In this document: positions 26,127 to 26,931 of the stretch, in pieces | Position numbering within the stretch: the first letter of the stretch is position 1 | Layout of the letters: each line of letters opens with the position of its first letter | Assembly (NCBI GenBank): GCA_046758965.1 | Contig: JBHIBG010000035.1 | Location: forward strand, 1 to 26,931 | Direction of reading: 5' to 3' | Source of the DNA: Candidatus Methylomirabilia bacterium | GTDB lineage: Bacteria; Methylomirabilota; Methylomirabilia; Rokubacteriales; CSP1-6 | DNA: 26,931 bases | Made by a program: the position numbers and the translations under genes | The notes under the pieces: generated by a model | Databases searched by the model: none | Told to the model about the DNA's origin: nothing | The model's input: the letters and a program-made list of their open reading frames with translations, nothing else

Positions 26127-26594
26127 GTGAGTCAGAAGGTTGCGTTCAAGAGCCCGAGTCCGGCTGAGACCGAGCGAATCGGTCAGGCGCTAGCCGTCTG
26201 GCTCCGCTCGGGTGACGTGGTCGCCTGCATCGGCGAGCTCGGCTCAGGGAAGACGACCTTCATCCGGGGCGTGGTTCGCGGCCTGGGAGGGAGCGAGGCT
26301 GCCACCAGCCCGACCTTCGTCCTCATCAATCAGTACCAAGGCCGCCTCCCGGTCTATCATCTGGACGCGTACCGAACCGGAAGCCTGGCCGAAGTGCAGG
26401 ATCTCGGCGTGGAGGAGATCTTGTTCGGTGACGGGGTCACGGTGATCGAGTGGGCAGAAAAACTTCTCCCGCTCCTCCCTGACCAGATGATCGTGGTGCG
26501 GATTTCCGGTCTCGGCGAGGAACCCCGCCACATCGTGCTTGAAGGGCTTCCTGAGGAGTGGGTGCTGGCCGTATCCGACTCCGGTCGTTTCTAG
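26127..26594 (+). CDS. tsaE: tRNA threonylcarbamoyladenosine biosynthesis ATPase
   Basis: Motifs GELGSGKTTF, TSPTFVLINQY, YHLDAYR, VIEWAE. Start is approximate (GTG 26127). Confidence 0.94.
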   Translation: MSQKVAFKSPSPAETERIGQALAVWLRSGDVVACIGELGSGKTTFIRGVVRGLGGSEAATSPTFVLINQYQGRLPVYHLDAYRTGSLAEVQDLGVEEILFGDGVTVIEWAEKLLPLLPDQMIVVRISGLGEEPRHIVLEGLPEEWVLAVSDSGRF

Positions 26595-26738
26595 CTCCGG
26601 GACGCGTATTCGCCCCGCAGGATGGGTCCTTCCCCATACCGAAGAACTTTTTGTCACTACCTATCAATTTTTGTCTCGGGTAGCCAGGGAGCCGCCCGTA
26701 TTACTCTCGGAAATTCCTATGTTTAAAGGGCGGTTCGT

Positions 26739-26755
26739 TTGGCATGAAGGTTGCA
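26739..26755 (+). promoter_or_regulatory. Sigma54 (-24/-12) promoter
   Basis: TTGGCATGAAGGTTGCA matches TGGCAC/TG-N4-TTGCW with exact GG-N10-GC spacing, about 40 bp before a gene start. Confidence 0.75.
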
Positions 26756-26793
26756 GCGACCCTAGGTTGGGAAAGGCACAAAGGGGGAGAGGC

Positions 26794-26931
26794 ATGCCAC
26801 GGCTCCTATTTATCGTCGCCCGACAGAACTCCCGCCTCTACGAATATCTGAAGCGCCAGCTGTCTGGCCAGAACGGTGTCCAGGTCATCCTGGAGCGGCG
26901 CAGCGGGCGGGACCGGCGGCAGCGCGTCTCT
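26794..26931 (+). CDS. Hypothetical protein, truncated by the window edge (MPRLLFIVARQNSRLYEYLKRQLSGQNGVQVILERRSGRDRRQRVS...)
   Basis: SD-like AGGGGGAGAGG precedes ATG 26794, the frame is open to the window end, and it lies downstream of the sigma54 promoter. Confidence 0.75.
   Translation, partial: MPRLLFIVARQNSRLYEYLKRQLSGQNGVQVILERRSGRDRRQRVS

Noticed and set aside
1..26931. CRISPR arrays, tRNA/rRNA genes, transposases, integrases
   Set aside because: No regularly spaced repeats, cloverleaf or T-loop signatures, or recombinase motifs were seen by eye.

Overview
GC-rich bacterial chromosomal window. Gene order and the small gene at the right edge suggest Ca. Rokubacteria/Methylomirabilota, but this is inference only. 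There are three blocks. (1) 186-1189, minus strand, visibly less GC-rich: a VapC/PIN toxin translationally coupled to an atypical ~180-aa partner with a glutaredoxin-like N-domain and a VapB-like tail. (2) 1329-15123: a sigma70 promoter and cobalamin riboswitch, then a corrinoid salvage/remodelling and uptake operon (24-aa leader ORF, cobU, cobT, cbiA, btuFCD, a second internal cobalamin riboswitch, btuB, cbiZ, tonB, cobD, cbiB, cbiP). No ring-synthesis genes, cobS, cobC or adenosyltransferase are in the window. (3) 15223-26931: housekeeping genes (argS, SPOR protein, hpt, ftsH, folP, glmM, acpS, an uncharacterised exported Zn-hydrolase-like gene, nnr, dtd, tsaE), ending in a sigma54 promoter and a truncated small hypothetical gene. 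The most notable observations are a riboswitch that appears to act through a coupled mini-ORF, a probable cdaA-cdaR deletion scar between folP and glmM, an archaeal-like FolP in the bacterial folP slot, an in-frame palindromic insertion in btuF, ArgRS with HIGH replaced by VIVN, and the unusual antitoxin. No CRISPR array, rRNA, tRNA or transposase was seen.
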